NCBI GenBank assembly: GCA_965217775.1
Contig: CBDCJH010000002.1
Location: 3,456,001 to 3,520,000 of the forward strand
DNA length: 64,000 nucleotides
Source: Acidobacteriota bacterium
GTDB taxonomy: Bacteria > Acidobacteriota > UBA6911 > RPQK01 > JAJDTT01
Reading direction: 5' to 3'
The position numbers and the translations under genes are program-made. The number at the start of each line of letters is the position of its first letter. Position 1 is the stretch's first letter. Below, in pieces: positions 38,208-48,625 of this stretch. The notes beneath the pieces are model-generated. The model was given only the letters and a program-made list of their open reading frames with translations, was not told where the DNA came from and ran no database searches.

Positions 38208-41200
38208 GCCCGGAAATTTCTGAGCGAGCTTTCGAAGAGGCTATCGAGTGCGCGCTGCTCCGGCACGGGCCAGACGCGTGCCCCGGCGATAGGACGACGG
38301 TGCGGGAATCGCCGCCGAGATACGGCGCCGAGCCGTTGCCGGGCGGCTACCACAGACGGCGTGCAGAGGACTACGACCGCGGGCTCTGCCTAATTCGGGC
38401 CGACGTTCTCGACTTCCTCCTGGCCACGCAGCCGAAAGAGTGGGCGAAGCTAAAGCAGCACCACGGCGCTGACGTGAAGCCGCGTTTCCTCAGCCGACTC
38501 TCCCGCGAGATCGCCCGTCGGGGAGCGCTCGACGTGCTGCGCAACGGCGTTAAGGACTCGGGCTGCAAGTTCCGGCTCGCTTACTTCCGGCCAGCAAGCG
38601 GTCTCAACGAGGAATTGCAGCGCCTGCACGGCGCCAACCTCTTCGCGGTCGTCCGCCAGCTCCGCTTCAGCGCGAAGAACCAACAGAGCGTCGATCTCGC
38701 GCTCTTCCTCAACGGCATTCCCATCTTCACGGCCGAGCTCAAGAACCCGCTCAACGGGCAGGACGTGGAGGACGCCATTCGCCAGTACAAGCACGACCGG
38801 GATCCGCGCGAGCCCCTCTTCGCGTACGGACGCTGCCTCGCCCACTTCGCCGTGGACCCGGAACAGGTGTTCGTGACCACGCAACTCATGGGGCCCAAGA
38901 CCCGGTTCCTGCCCTTCAACCAGGGGCGTTTCGGCGGCGCGGGAAACCCGCCGGTCCCGCCCACCCGTTCCGGCTTCCCCACCGCCTACCTGTGGGAGCG
39001 GATCTGGGCCCGCGACAGCGTCCTCGATCTCGTCCGCCAGTTCATCCACGAAGTCGAAGTGGAGGACGATCGCGGGCGCAGAACGGGAAAGCGTTTCCTG
39101 ATCTTCCCGCGCTACCAGCAACTCGACTGCGTCCGCCGTCTCGTGCGCCACGCGCGGAACCACGGCGCCGGCGAACGCTACCTGATCCAGCATTCGGCCG
39201 GCAGCGGTAAGAGCTTCACCATCGCCTGGCTCGCCCATCGGCTCTCGGTGCTGCATGACCACGAGGACCGGCGCGTCTTCGACTCGGTGGTGGTGGTGAC
39301 CGACCGGCGCGTGCTCGACCGCCAGCTCCAGCGGACCATCCGGCAGTTCGAGCAGACCCTGGGCGTGGTGGAGAACATCGATCAGACCTCCCGACAGCTC
39401 CGCCAGGCGCTGGAGGCGGGCCGGACCATCATCGTCACCACCTTGCAGAAGTTTCCGGTCATCGCCGAGGAGATCGGGCAGCTTCCCGGCAAGCGGTTCG
39501 CCGTGATCGTGGACGAGGCGCACTCGTCGCAGTCGGGAGAGAGCTCCAGGAGCCTCAAGGCGGTCCTCGCCGCGGGAAGCCTGGAGGAGGCCGAGCACAC
39601 GGAAGCAGGCGCCGAAACCCCCGAAGAGGAACTCGAAGAGCGCGTCCTGGAAGAGATCCGCCTCCGCGGGCGGCTGCCGAACCTCTCGACGTTCGCCTTC
39701 ACGGCGACTCCGAAGCCCAAGACCCTCGAGCTTTTCGGCCGGAAGCAGCCGGACGGGAAGTTCACACCCTTCCACCTCTACAGCATGCGCCAGGCGATCG
39801 AGGAGGGATTCATTCTCGACGTGCTCCGGAACTACACCACCTACAAGGCCTACTGGCGCCTGCTGAAGAAGATCGAGGACGACCCGCGGTTCGACAAGCG
39901 GAAGGCGGAACACCTCCTCAAGACCTTCGTCGAACTGCACCCCCACGCTATCCGCGAGAAGATCGCCATCTGCGTGGAGCATTTCGCCGCTCAGGCCGCG
40001 GGCGAGATCGGCGGGCGGGCCAAGGCCATGATCGTGACCCGCTCGCGTCTGCACACGGTGCGCACCAGGCTTGCCCTGGATCGCTACCTGCAGGAAAAGG
40101 GCCACCCGTGGAAGGCGCTCGTCGCGTTCTCGGGAACGGTGAAGGACCGCGGGAAGTCCTACACGGAGTCCGGCATGAACTCGGCCGGACAGGAGCGGGT
40201 GATCGGCGAGCGGCAGACGGCCGCCGAGTTCGAGAAGCCCGAGTACCGCTTCCTGGTGGTCGCCAACAAGTTCCAGACCGGCTTCGATCAGCCGCTGCTC
40301 CACACCATGTACGTGGACAAGAAACTGGGCGGCGTGAACGCGGTCCAGACGCTGTCCCGCCTGAACCGCACGCACGCCGGCAAGCGGGGAACGATGGTGC
40401 TCGACTTCGCCAACGAAGCCGAGGAGATCAAGAAGGCCTTCGAGCCTTACTACGAGACCACCCTCCTCTCGGAGGGGACCGATCCCAACCTCCTCTACGA
40501 GGTTCAGGGCAGGCTGCTCGACTTCGGCGTGTTCGGCGAGGACGACGTCGAGAACTTCGCGCGAGCGTTTTTCGATCCGAAGGCGGGCCAGGACAAACTC
40601 TACGCGGCGCTGGAACCGGCGCGGCAACGCTTCACCGAGCTTGCGCCGGACGAGGGACGCGAATTCCGCAGCCAGCTCACCGACTACGCGCGCCTCTACG
40701 CTTTCCTCTCCCAGGTGCTTACGTTCGCCGACACCGACCTGGAGAAACTCTACGTCTTCGCCCGGCATCTCCGCCGCCTGCTGTCGATGGGCCGGGAGGC
40801 GCTGCCCCTCGAGATCCGGGAGAGCATCGACATGGAGTCCTTCCGCATCCAACGGACGAGCCGCGGCCGGATCGCCCTCGAACGGCAGGTGCGGCCGCTG
40901 GATCCCGTAGGCAGCAAGACTCGCCGCGGTCCCGGCGGTGACGAGTTGGAGGCCCTCTCGCGAATCATCGAGGCCTTGAACGATCGCTTCGGCTTGAACC
41001 TGGGCGACGAGCACCGGATCACGCTGGAACAGATCCGATCCGCCCTCGACCGGGACGCGGGCCTCGACGCCAGCGCCCGGGTGAACACCCGCGAGAACGT
41101 GCGGCTGACCTTCGATCCCAAAGTCGAGGACAAGATCCAGGAAATCGTCGACACCAACTTCGATCTCTACAGGCGGATCACCGACGACCCCGACTTCGGC

Positions 41201-41740
41201 CAGGCGCTCAAGAACTTCCTCTTCGACGACTACATCACGCGGCACCAGCGAGCGGAGGAACTGCTCAAACACCAGGAGTCGAAGACGCTGGAGTTCAAGT
41301 CGAGCCTGCGCTGGAACCTGAAGGAGGATCGCAAGGACGTCAAGCAGGTCACCCATGCGGCGCTCAAGACCGTCGCCGCCTTCCTCAACACCGAGGGCGG
41401 CGACCTCCTGATCGGCGTGGACGACGACCGCAAGGTGCTGGGCATCGCCCACGACCGTCTGGAGACCGACGACAAGTTCATGCTGCACCTGGCCCAGGTG
41501 GTGCGAAACGGCCTCGGCGACCGGGCCGGCACCTGCATCGATCCCAAGACCCAGATCGTGGAGGGGAAGACCGTCTGCCTCGTGAGCTGCCAGCGAAGTC
41601 CCGAGCCGGTCTACCTGCGGTGGAAGGGACTGGAAAAGGCAAAGGAGGGCGATCTCTACGTCCGGAGCGGCCCCGGCACGGTTCGACTCGGCAAGAAGGA
41701 TGCCGAGAAGTACGTGGCCACCCGGTTCGCCTCGAATTGA
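38204..41740 (+). CDS. hsdR: Type I R-M restriction subunit with C-terminal Schlafen/AlbA_2 domain
   Basis: D..LFLNGIP...ELKN nuclease motif, HSAGSGKS, DEAH, FTATP, QTGFDQP, QTLSRLNR; then ESKTLEFKSS...VAAFLNTEGGDLLIGVDDD. Confidence 0.95.
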   Translation: MSPEISERAFEEAIECALLRHGPDACPGDRTTVRESPPRYGAEPLPGGYHRRRAEDYDRGLCLIRADVLDFLLATQPKEWAKLKQHHGADVKPRFLSRLSREIARRGALDVLRNGVKDSGCKFRLAYFRPASGLNEELQRLHGANLFAVVRQLRFSAKNQQSVDLALFLNGIPIFTAELKNPLNGQDVEDAIRQYKHDRDPREPLFAYGRCLAHFAVDPEQVFVTTQLMGPKTRFLPFNQGRFGGAGNPPVPPTRSGFPTAYLWERIWARDSVLDLVRQFIHEVEVEDDRGRRTGKRFLIFPRYQQLDCVRRLVRHARNHGAGERYLIQHSAGSGKSFTIAWLAHRLSVLHDHEDRRVFDSVVVVTDRRVLDRQLQRTIRQFEQTLGVVENIDQTSRQLRQALEAGRTIIVTTLQKFPVIAEEIGQLPGKRFAVIVDEAHSSQSGESSRSLKAVLAAGSLEEAEHTEAGAETPEEELEERVLEEIRLRGRLPNLSTFAFTATPKPKTLELFGRKQPDGKFTPFHLYSMRQAIEEGFILDVLRNYTTYKAYWRLLKKIEDDPRFDKRKAEHLLKTFVELHPHAIREKIAICVEHFAAQAAGEIGGRAKAMIVTRSRLHTVRTRLALDRYLQEKGHPWKALVAFSGTVKDRGKSYTESGMNSAGQERVIGERQTAAEFEKPEYRFLVVANKFQTGFDQPLLHTMYVDKKLGGVNAVQTLSRLNRTHAGKRGTMVLDFANEAEEIKKAFEPYYETTLLSEGTDPNLLYEVQGRLLDFGVFGEDDVENFARAFFDPKAGQDKLYAALEPARQRFTELAPDEGREFRSQLTDYARLYAFLSQVLTFADTDLEKLYVFARHLRRLLSMGREALPLEIRESIDMESFRIQRTSRGRIALERQVRPLDPVGSKTRRGPGGDELEALSRIIEALNDRFGLNLGDEHRITLEQIRSALDRDAGLDASARVNTRENVRLTFDPKVEDKIQEIVDTNFDLYRRITDDPDFGQALKNFLFDDYITRHQRAEELLKHQESKTLEFKSSLRWNLKEDRKDVKQVTHAALKTVAAFLNTEGGDLLIGVDDDRKVLGIAHDRLETDDKFMLHLAQVVRNGLGDRAGTCIDPKTQIVEGKTVCLVSCQRSPEPVYLRWKGLEKAKEGDLYVRSGPGTVRLGKKDAEKYVATRFASN

Positions 41741-41989
41741 GACCCGCCCGACTGACCTTGCCCCTTGGGCCGCATTTCCCACTGGGGGGCGCGATCCCCG
41801 GACTCCTGTCGGCCAGGGCGAGCCGACCCTCCCGACCCAGGCAACCGCCGGCCCCAGAACGTATCCTCGGGCAGGCAACGACATTGCCGGACCGGACGCG
41901 CCGGAATGGCCCGGGCACGGCCAGAAGGAGTGGATGCAAACTCGATGACCGCCACCACCCAGGACGGGCCTGCCAGAGCAAAGGACAGT

Positions 41990-42055
41990 TGTGGAACGCC
42001 TGTCGGAATGCTGTTGACAGGGTGTGGGCCGCCTGTTGGAAAGCTGTGAATCAGG
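41990..42055. promoter_or_regulatory. Six 11-bp-phased DnaA-box-like repeats
   Basis: TGT starts at 41990, 42001, 42012, 42023, 42034 and 42045; units loosely resemble TGTGGATAA plus 2 nt. Confidence 0.55.
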
Positions 42056-42138
42056 GTTCCGTCAACTCAATCGTTTCCGAATTCCAGGCCGACTCGACCG
42101 TCCCGCCACTAACAGGGCAAGTCGTGTAGAATGCAACG

Positions 42139-44475
42139 GTGCCCCGTCGAAAGAAACCCGCCGCTCGAAGAAAACCCTCCTCCCGCAAGAAGCCGTCTCC
42201 TCGCCGCCGCCGATTTCTGGTCTGGGTGACGTGCGCCGTTCTGATCATCGCAGCGGCCGTGACCGGATCCCTCACCGGCCTGGTCCTCACCTGGGGAATC
42301 GAACTGGCTCAAGTCGGTGAGCTGCAGCAGACCCGGCCGGATGTCATCTCCGAGGTCTATTCGGCGGACGGGCGGGTTCTGGGCATTTTCGGGGTGGAGA
42401 AGAGGCAGATCGTCACCTACGACAAGATTCCGGACACGGTGAAGAACACGATCCTGGCGGCCGAAGACTCGGACTTCTTCCGGCACGCCGGCATCGACTT
42501 CCGCCGCCTCATCTACACCATCTTCCGGAACATCGTCTACGGAGAACGAAAAGGCGCCTCCACCATCACCATGCAGTTGAGCAAACTGCTGCTGACCAGT
42601 CCCGAGGTGACGATCAAGCGCAAGATTCAGGACATGATCTTCGCCATCCAGATCGAGCGCACCCTGTCCAAGGAGCAGATCCTCACCCGCTACGTCAACC
42701 AGATGTACATGGGGCACGGGAGATACGGACTGGCGGCCGCTTCCGAGTTCTACTTCCAGAAAAACATGAACGAACTGGAGTGGCACGAGGCGGCCCTGCT
42801 GGCAGGCCTGATTCGGACGCCCGCCAGGTATTCTCCCCTGAATCACCCGGACTTGGCCGTGAAGCGAAGAAACTGGGTTCTGGAACGAACTTACGATGAG
42901 GGCTTCATCGACGCGGAGAGGCTGCGAACCAATCTGCAGGAGCCACTGGGTCTGAAGACCTGGGACCGGCAACAGACGCCGGCCCCCTACTTCGTGGAGT
43001 GGGTTCGCCAATATCTGGAGAAACGGTTCCCCGGCGGGGAGATTCACACGAGAGGTCTGAAGATTTACACGACTCTGGACTACGAACTTCAGACGGCGGC
43101 CGAAAGGGCGCTTCGTGACGGATTGAAGGCGTTCGACAAGAAGCGGCGGAGATGGCGCGGCGCCAAAGATAACATCCTCGAGGCCGGGAAAGAGCTGGAG
43201 GGGTACTGGCGTTCCGATTGGGACACCATTTTTTCCCCCGGTCAGATGGTCCACGGCCTCGTTCTGCAATCGGACGAGCGTACGGCAGAGGTGAAGGTCG
43301 GCAGCTACCGGGCCACGGTCCGGCCCAACCACGTGGACTGGACCGGAAAGAAGCGATTGGACCAGGTCCTCAAGGCGGGTGACGTCTGCGCCTTTACCCT
43401 GGAGAGCATCAACCGTGAGGAACGGACCGTCGAAGTGAAGCTGGACCGGGTTCCCGAAGTTCAGGGGTCGCTGATGGCCATCGAGAGCGGGACCGGCGCC
43501 ATTCGAGCCATGGTGGGGGGGTTCGACTTTCGATACAGCAAGTTCAATCGAGCCACCCAGGCTCTGAGACAACCCGGTTCCGTGTTCAAGCCCTTCACCT
43601 ACGTGGCCGCGGTGGAAAGCGGCTATGCGCCCGAGGACACGGTTCTGGACAGCCCGGTGGAGTTTCGGGACGGTCTGGGCCGCCCTTACCGTCCGGTGAA
43701 CGCGGACGGAAAATACAAGGGGCTCATCCCCATCCGTCAGGCCTTGGCGCAGTCCCGAAACGTCCCCACGCTGCGTCTGGCCAACGCGATGGGGGTCGAG
43801 AGAGTCGTCGAAGTGGCGCACCGGTTCGGAATCCAACGGGACATCCCACTCTATCTGCCCACCGCTCTGGGAGCGGGCGAGGTCACCCTGGAGGAGATCA
43901 CGTCCGCGTTCACCGCCTTCCCCAACGGCGGGGTCCGGGTCCATCCCCATTTCATCGACCGGGTGGAAGACGCGAACGGTGTTCTTCTGGAGCGCCATGA
44001 GGCCGGCGTGGACGAGGTCGTCACCCGGGAGACCGCCGAGGCGATGCTGGACCTGTTGAGAAACGTGGTCCTGAGAGGAACCGCCCGCAAGGCCCGGAGT
44101 CTGCCGATTCCGGTCGCCGGGAAGACGGGCACCACCAACGACTGTACCGATAGCTGGTTCGTGGGATTCAGCAAGCTGCTGACGGCCGGCGTCTGGGTGG
44201 GGCACGACACCAAGATTTCGATGGGTGAAAGGGTCTATGGCAGCACCCTGGCCCTTCCCATCTGGATCGATTTCATGAAGGAGACCGTGGGCAAGACTCC
44301 GCCGGGAAACTTCGGGACGGAACTTTACGCCGCCCGTCGAGCCGCTCCAGCTCCTGCACCGGTGGCAGAGGCGGACCCCGATGAGGGAGAGGCCGAACAG
44401 CAGGAGAAACCCGCCGTGAAACCGAAACCGCTACCGAACATCATGGTGGAGGACATCCCCGCACCTTCTTTCTGA
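42139..44475 (+). CDS. Class A penicillin-binding protein 1A
   Basis: TM anchor; transglycosylase AAED..FF.H.GID and GASTITMQL; transpeptidase RQPGSVFK, SRN, GKTGT. Confidence 0.93.
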   Translation: MPRRKKPAARRKPSSRKKPSPRRRRFLVWVTCAVLIIAAAVTGSLTGLVLTWGIELAQVGELQQTRPDVISEVYSADGRVLGIFGVEKRQIVTYDKIPDTVKNTILAAEDSDFFRHAGIDFRRLIYTIFRNIVYGERKGASTITMQLSKLLLTSPEVTIKRKIQDMIFAIQIERTLSKEQILTRYVNQMYMGHGRYGLAAASEFYFQKNMNELEWHEAALLAGLIRTPARYSPLNHPDLAVKRRNWVLERTYDEGFIDAERLRTNLQEPLGLKTWDRQQTPAPYFVEWVRQYLEKRFPGGEIHTRGLKIYTTLDYELQTAAERALRDGLKAFDKKRRRWRGAKDNILEAGKELEGYWRSDWDTIFSPGQMVHGLVLQSDERTAEVKVGSYRATVRPNHVDWTGKKRLDQVLKAGDVCAFTLESINREERTVEVKLDRVPEVQGSLMAIESGTGAIRAMVGGFDFRYSKFNRATQALRQPGSVFKPFTYVAAVESGYAPEDTVLDSPVEFRDGLGRPYRPVNADGKYKGLIPIRQALAQSRNVPTLRLANAMGVERVVEVAHRFGIQRDIPLYLPTALGAGEVTLEEITSAFTAFPNGGVRVHPHFIDRVEDANGVLLERHEAGVDEVVTRETAEAMLDLLRNVVLRGTARKARSLPIPVAGKTGTTNDCTDSWFVGFSKLLTAGVWVGHDTKISMGERVYGSTLALPIWIDFMKETVGKTPPGNFGTELYAARRAAPAPAPVAEADPDEGEAEQQEKPAVKPKPLPNIMVEDIPAPSF

Positions 44476-44684
44476 CGGGCGCCGGAGAGGCTCCCCGTGA
44501 CCTTCGACGGCCTTCGAACCTCATGCGTCCGCTCCGGAAACCGACACTGAAGATTCGGATTCAGGGCGCCGAATCGTAACGGCTTCCGAAAAAGCCAAGC
44601 CAATTCGGAAGACACTCCGAAATAGTTCGACTGCGCAGGCCACTCCACGGAGGTCATTCCCCCAGGTGGAACTCCGGCATATTT

Positions 44685-45683
44685 TCAGTTGTTTCGATTC
44701 AGGACGAAGTCGGGCACCTGGAGGAGGGCGTCCCGGTAGATGGAATCGGGAAAGACCGCAAGTGCATCCCTGGCCTGTTTGGCGTAGGCTTGGGCTCGCA
44801 GCTTCAGTTCATCCAAAGCTCCGTACTTCCAGACCAGGCCCAGAATCTCCTGCTTGTTGGCATCGCTGAAATCGTGCCGGAGAATCACCTGCCGGAGAAA
44901 ATCCCTTTCCGCCGGGCGGGCCCGGCGCAGCATGAAGATGATGGGGAGCGTCATCTTCCCCTCTTCCAGGTCCTTGAGGACCGGCTTGCCCATGTCCTTC
45001 TGGGCGGAGGTGTAGTCGAGCTGGTCGTCCACCAGTTGGAAGGCCATCCCCAGGGACCGGCCGTAGAGGGCGAGACCCTCCTCCCGAGCCCGATCCATAT
45101 TGCCGAGAATCGCTCCCAGACGGCCGCAACCGGAGAAGAGGTAAGCCGTCTTGTAGAGACTGATCTCCAACTGCTGTTGCTCGGTGACGTCCATGCGCCC
45201 CTCCTGCTCCAGTTGCAGGAGCTCCCCCTCCACCATTTTGCGGGTGATGTCGATGAGGATGTCCAAGATCCTCATCGACCGCTCCTTCATGGCGATCTGG
45301 AAGGAGGTCATGTAGAGCCAGTCGCCCATGAGGACCGTGATCTGATTGCCCCACTTGGCGTTGACCGAGGGCCGTCCACGGCGGACATCGCTGTTGTCGA
45401 TGATGTCGTCGTGGACCAGAGTGGCCACGTGGATCAACTCCACCACCACGCTCAGCCGCAACGCCGCTTCGGCAGGCCCCCCACTGAGCTTGGAAGCCAG
45501 CAGCAGGACCGCCGGCCGAAGCCGTTTGCCACCGCTCGTGTGCAGATACCGATTGATGTCGTTGACCAGCGGAATCGCGCTCTGGATCTCCGAATCGAGG
45601 CGGGTCTCCACCTCGGCCAGATCCGATTTCACCAGCAGGAAAATGTCTTTCAGAGTGAGGCGGCGGCTAATCTGCACGTCCAT
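44685..45683 (-). CDS. Polyprenyl diphosphate synthase (IspB-like)
   Basis: GGKRLRP, LVHDDIID..RRG, KTA, FQLVDDQLD, DLEEGKMTLP. Confidence 0.93.
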   Translation of the reverse strand: MDVQISRRLTLKDIFLLVKSDLAEVETRLDSEIQSAIPLVNDINRYLHTSGGKRLRPAVLLLASKLSGGPAEAALRLSVVVELIHVATLVHDDIIDNSDVRRGRPSVNAKWGNQITVLMGDWLYMTSFQIAMKERSMRILDILIDITRKMVEGELLQLEQEGRMDVTEQQQLEISLYKTAYLFSGCGRLGAILGNMDRAREEGLALYGRSLGMAFQLVDDQLDYTSAQKDMGKPVLKDLEEGKMTLPIIFMLRRARPAERDFLRQVILRHDFSDANKQEILGLVWKYGALDELKLRAQAYAKQARDALAVFPDSIYRDALLQVPDFVLNRNN

Positions 45684-45829
45684 ACCTGGGTCTACGGTCC
45701 CGGGATTGCAGGGCCATCGGGAAAGCCCCCTTCTCCGACGATCTTCACGCCCGTCCGACGGACTGAGGCCGTTTCTCCGGTTGTGCTCGCCGCGTCTCCC
45801 CGCAAATAAGCGTGAAAACTATATCAACG

Positions 45830-46648
45830 TCAATTTGAGACTGCCAATCCGCCCGGACCCCGAAGGGAACCGACGCCGAACAATCTCTCGAAGTTCGATC
45901 TGGTGCGCTCACCCACCTGTTCCAGGGTCAGGGCCCGGATTCTCCCCAGTTCCCGCGCGATTTCCACCACCCGGGCAGGCTCGTTGGTCTTGCCCCTGAA
46001 GGGGACCGGGGCCAGGTAAGGGGAGTCGGTTTCGATCAGAATCCGGTCCACCGGCAAACGGCTCGCCACCGCTCGGAGCGAATTCGACTTGCGAAAGGTG
46101 AGAATGCCCCCCAGGCCGATGAAGAACCCCCGATCGAGACAGCGCCGGGCAGTCGGCTCATCGGAGGTAAAGCAATGGACCACACCGTTGAGTCCCTCCC
46201 CACTTGGGTACTTCTCCTCCAGAATCGAGCAGATCTCATCCTCGGCCTTCCTGGAGTGGATCACGATCGGTTTACCGGCAGCCTGAGCCAGCTCGATCTG
46301 TGCCAGGAACGCCTCCCTCTGAGCATCGGCATCGGAGTTCAGGTAGTGGTAGTCGAGACCGATCTCGCCCAAGGCCAGAGCCTTGGGATGGCGCAACAGA
46401 TCGGCCAGCTCGGAGGCGATGCCGTCCGCAAAGAAACGCGCGTCGTGGGGATGGACGCCGAAGGCCGCCCAGAGGAAATCGTAGCGGTCCAACAGTTTCA
46501 GCGTGGTCTCGACGGAATCACGATTCTCTTCCAGGCAACAGATGGTCAGAATCGACTCCACTCCCGCCTGGTGCGCCCGGGACAGAACTCCTTCCAGGTC
46601 GGATTGCAGGGCAGGAGCATCGAGATGGGCGTGGGAGTCAATGAACAC
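45830..46648 (-). CDS. tatD: TatD family hydrolase
   Basis: DSHAHL, GVHPH, GEIGLDY, IHSR, HCF, ETDSPYLAP. Confidence 0.93.
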   Translation of the reverse strand: MFIDSHAHLDAPALQSDLEGVLSRAHQAGVESILTICCLEENRDSVETTLKLLDRYDFLWAAFGVHPHDARFFADGIASELADLLRHPKALALGEIGLDYHYLNSDADAQREAFLAQIELAQAAGKPIVIHSRKAEDEICSILEEKYPSGEGLNGVVHCFTSDEPTARRCLDRGFFIGLGGILTFRKSNSLRAVASRLPVDRILIETDSPYLAPVPFRGKTNEPARVVEIARELGRIRALTLEQVGERTRSNFERLFGVGSLRGPGGLAVSN

Positions 46649-46669
46649 TGGACGATCTCCAGCCGGCGC

Positions 46670-48619
46670 TCAGGTCAGAACCGACCCCAGGCGGACCTCT
46701 TCGGTGAAGGTGGCCAGGACCGGTTTTCCTCCGTCCGAAGCCGCTACGATCATCCCGTTGGATTCCACACCCATGAGCTTGGCTGGTTTGAGATTGGTCA
46801 CGATGACGACCAGACGGCCCGGCAGAGACTCGGGCGAATACTGCTCGGCGATTCCCGCCACCACCTGGCGGACCTCCGACCCCAGGTCCACCTTGAGCTT
46901 GAGCAGGCGGGTCGACTTGGGGATGGACTCGGCGCTCACGATCCGGGCCACCTGCATCCTGACCTTGGCGAACTCCTTGATGTCGATGCGGGCATCTTGC
47001 CGGCCACCGGTCTCGGCGGCCGCAGTCCTCTTCGATTTGGCTCCCCTGGCTGCGGCAGCGGCGCTGGGAGCGCGTCGATTCTTCACTTTCACTCGAAACT
47101 CCTTCTTGTCCAGACGCGGGTAGATGTGACTCAACTTTCCGATGGTGGAACCGCTCTCCAGACCGGCCCACTCCAGAGCGGAAATCCGATGATCCTCCAG
47201 GGGCCGGCGAATTCCGAGCTGGTTCATTATGGAGGCCGCCCCCTCAGGGACGATGGGCCCCAGCATCACCGCGATCAGCCGCAACGCCTCGGCGGCGTGG
47301 TACAGGACACTCCCCAACTGCGCCCGGCGGCTCGGGACCTTGGCCAGAATCCAGGGCTCGTTGACCACCAGGTACTTGTTCACCCGGCTGATCAGCCCCC
47401 AGACCGCCTCCATGGCCTTGTTGATCTGGAGATTTCCGAACCGTTCCCGGTAGAGTCGCGCGGTTTCGCCGCAGAAATCCCGAAGTTCCCGGCCCCGCTC
47501 GTCCGCCGATCCTCCATCCGGAATGACGCCGCCGAAATAGCTTCGGATCATCTTCAGCGTGCGTTGGACCAAATTTCCCAGATCGTTGGCCAGGTCGCTG
47601 TTGACCCGCGTCCGCAGCCCGTCGAAGGAGAAGTTTCCGTCGGAGCCCAACGGAATCTCCCGGAGCAGGAAGTAACGGAAGTAGTCGGTCCGGACCACGT
47701 TCGAGAGCTCGGCGGCGGTGATGAAATTACCCTTGGACTTGGACATCTTCTCCCCTTCGATGGTCCACCATCCGTGGCTCAGAACCCGCTTGGGAGGAGC
47801 CAGCCCGGCCGCCATCAGAAACGCCGGCCAGTAAACGGCGTGAAAACGGAGGATGTCCTTGCCGATGAGATGCACGTCTACGGGCCACCACTTCTCGAAC
47901 CTCTCCTCGTCGGTTCCATAGCCCATTCCGGAGATGTATCCGGTGAGGGCGTCGAACCAGACGTAGAAGATGTGCCTCTCGTCGTCCGGAACGGGGATGC
48001 CCCAGCGAAATGAGGTGCGGCTGATGCTGAGGTCCTGAAGACCGCCCTCGACGAAGCGGACCACCTCGTTCATTCGGGAGCGAGGGACCACGAAGTCCGG
48101 GTTCTCCCGGTAGAACCTGAGCAATTTCTCCTGGAACGCCGACAGCTCGAAGAAGTAGCTGTCCTCGGTCATGAACTCGGTAGGCCGCCCACAGTCGGGA
48201 CAATTCCGGCCTTCCGCCACATAGGCCTCGCAACCCACGCAGTAGTTGCCCTGATACTGACCGAGATAGACGCTTCCGCTCTTCTTGACCGCCCGGAAGA
48301 GCTTGGCGACGGCGCGATAGTGACGCTCCTGGGTGGTACGGATGAACTCGTTGAAGCTCAAACCGAGCCGCTCCCAGGTGTTTCGAAACTTGCCGGCATA
48401 GGTGTCCACCAGCTCCTGGGGCTCGATGCCCTGTTGCCGGGCCGACCGCTCGATCTTGAGACCGTGCTCGTCGGTGCCGGTCAGGAAGGAGACGTCGTCG
48501 CCGCACATTCTCCGGTAGCGGACGATGGCGTCGGCGATAACGGTGGTGTAGGTATGCCCGACGTGGGGCACGTCGTTGACATAGTAGAGAGGAGTCGTGA
48601 GGTAGAAGGTCTTGGCCAT
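46670..48619 (-). CDS. metG: Methionine--tRNA ligase
   Basis: YYVNDVPHVGH, TGTDEHG, YVWFDAL, KMSKSKGN; C-terminal tRNA-binding OB domain. Confidence 0.97.
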   Translation of the reverse strand: MAKTFYLTTPLYYVNDVPHVGHTYTTVIADAIVRYRRMCGDDVSFLTGTDEHGLKIERSARQQGIEPQELVDTYAGKFRNTWERLGLSFNEFIRTTQERHYRAVAKLFRAVKKSGSVYLGQYQGNYCVGCEAYVAEGRNCPDCGRPTEFMTEDSYFFELSAFQEKLLRFYRENPDFVVPRSRMNEVVRFVEGGLQDLSISRTSFRWGIPVPDDERHIFYVWFDALTGYISGMGYGTDEERFEKWWPVDVHLIGKDILRFHAVYWPAFLMAAGLAPPKRVLSHGWWTIEGEKMSKSKGNFITAAELSNVVRTDYFRYFLLREIPLGSDGNFSFDGLRTRVNSDLANDLGNLVQRTLKMIRSYFGGVIPDGGSADERGRELRDFCGETARLYRERFGNLQINKAMEAVWGLISRVNKYLVVNEPWILAKVPSRRAQLGSVLYHAAEALRLIAVMLGPIVPEGAASIMNQLGIRRPLEDHRISALEWAGLESGSTIGKLSHIYPRLDKKEFRVKVKNRRAPSAAAAARGAKSKRTAAAETGGRQDARIDIKEFAKVRMQVARIVSAESIPKSTRLLKLKVDLGSEVRQVVAGIAEQYSPESLPGRLVVIVTNLKPAKLMGVESNGMIVAASDGGKPVLATFTEEVRLGSVLT

Positions 48620-48625
48620 GGCCCC

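Noticed and set aside
21665-41760. Single integrative element or prophage spanning the accessory region
   Set aside because: No integrase, att pair, phage or conjugation genes were seen; the region looks like piecemeal accretion.
38450-41884. Long antisense ORFs (e.g. 38450-41884, 16296-18371, 42109-44205, 56627-59386, 60695-63028)
   Set aside because: These are shadow ORFs of GC-rich genes on the opposite strand, with no recognisable motifs.
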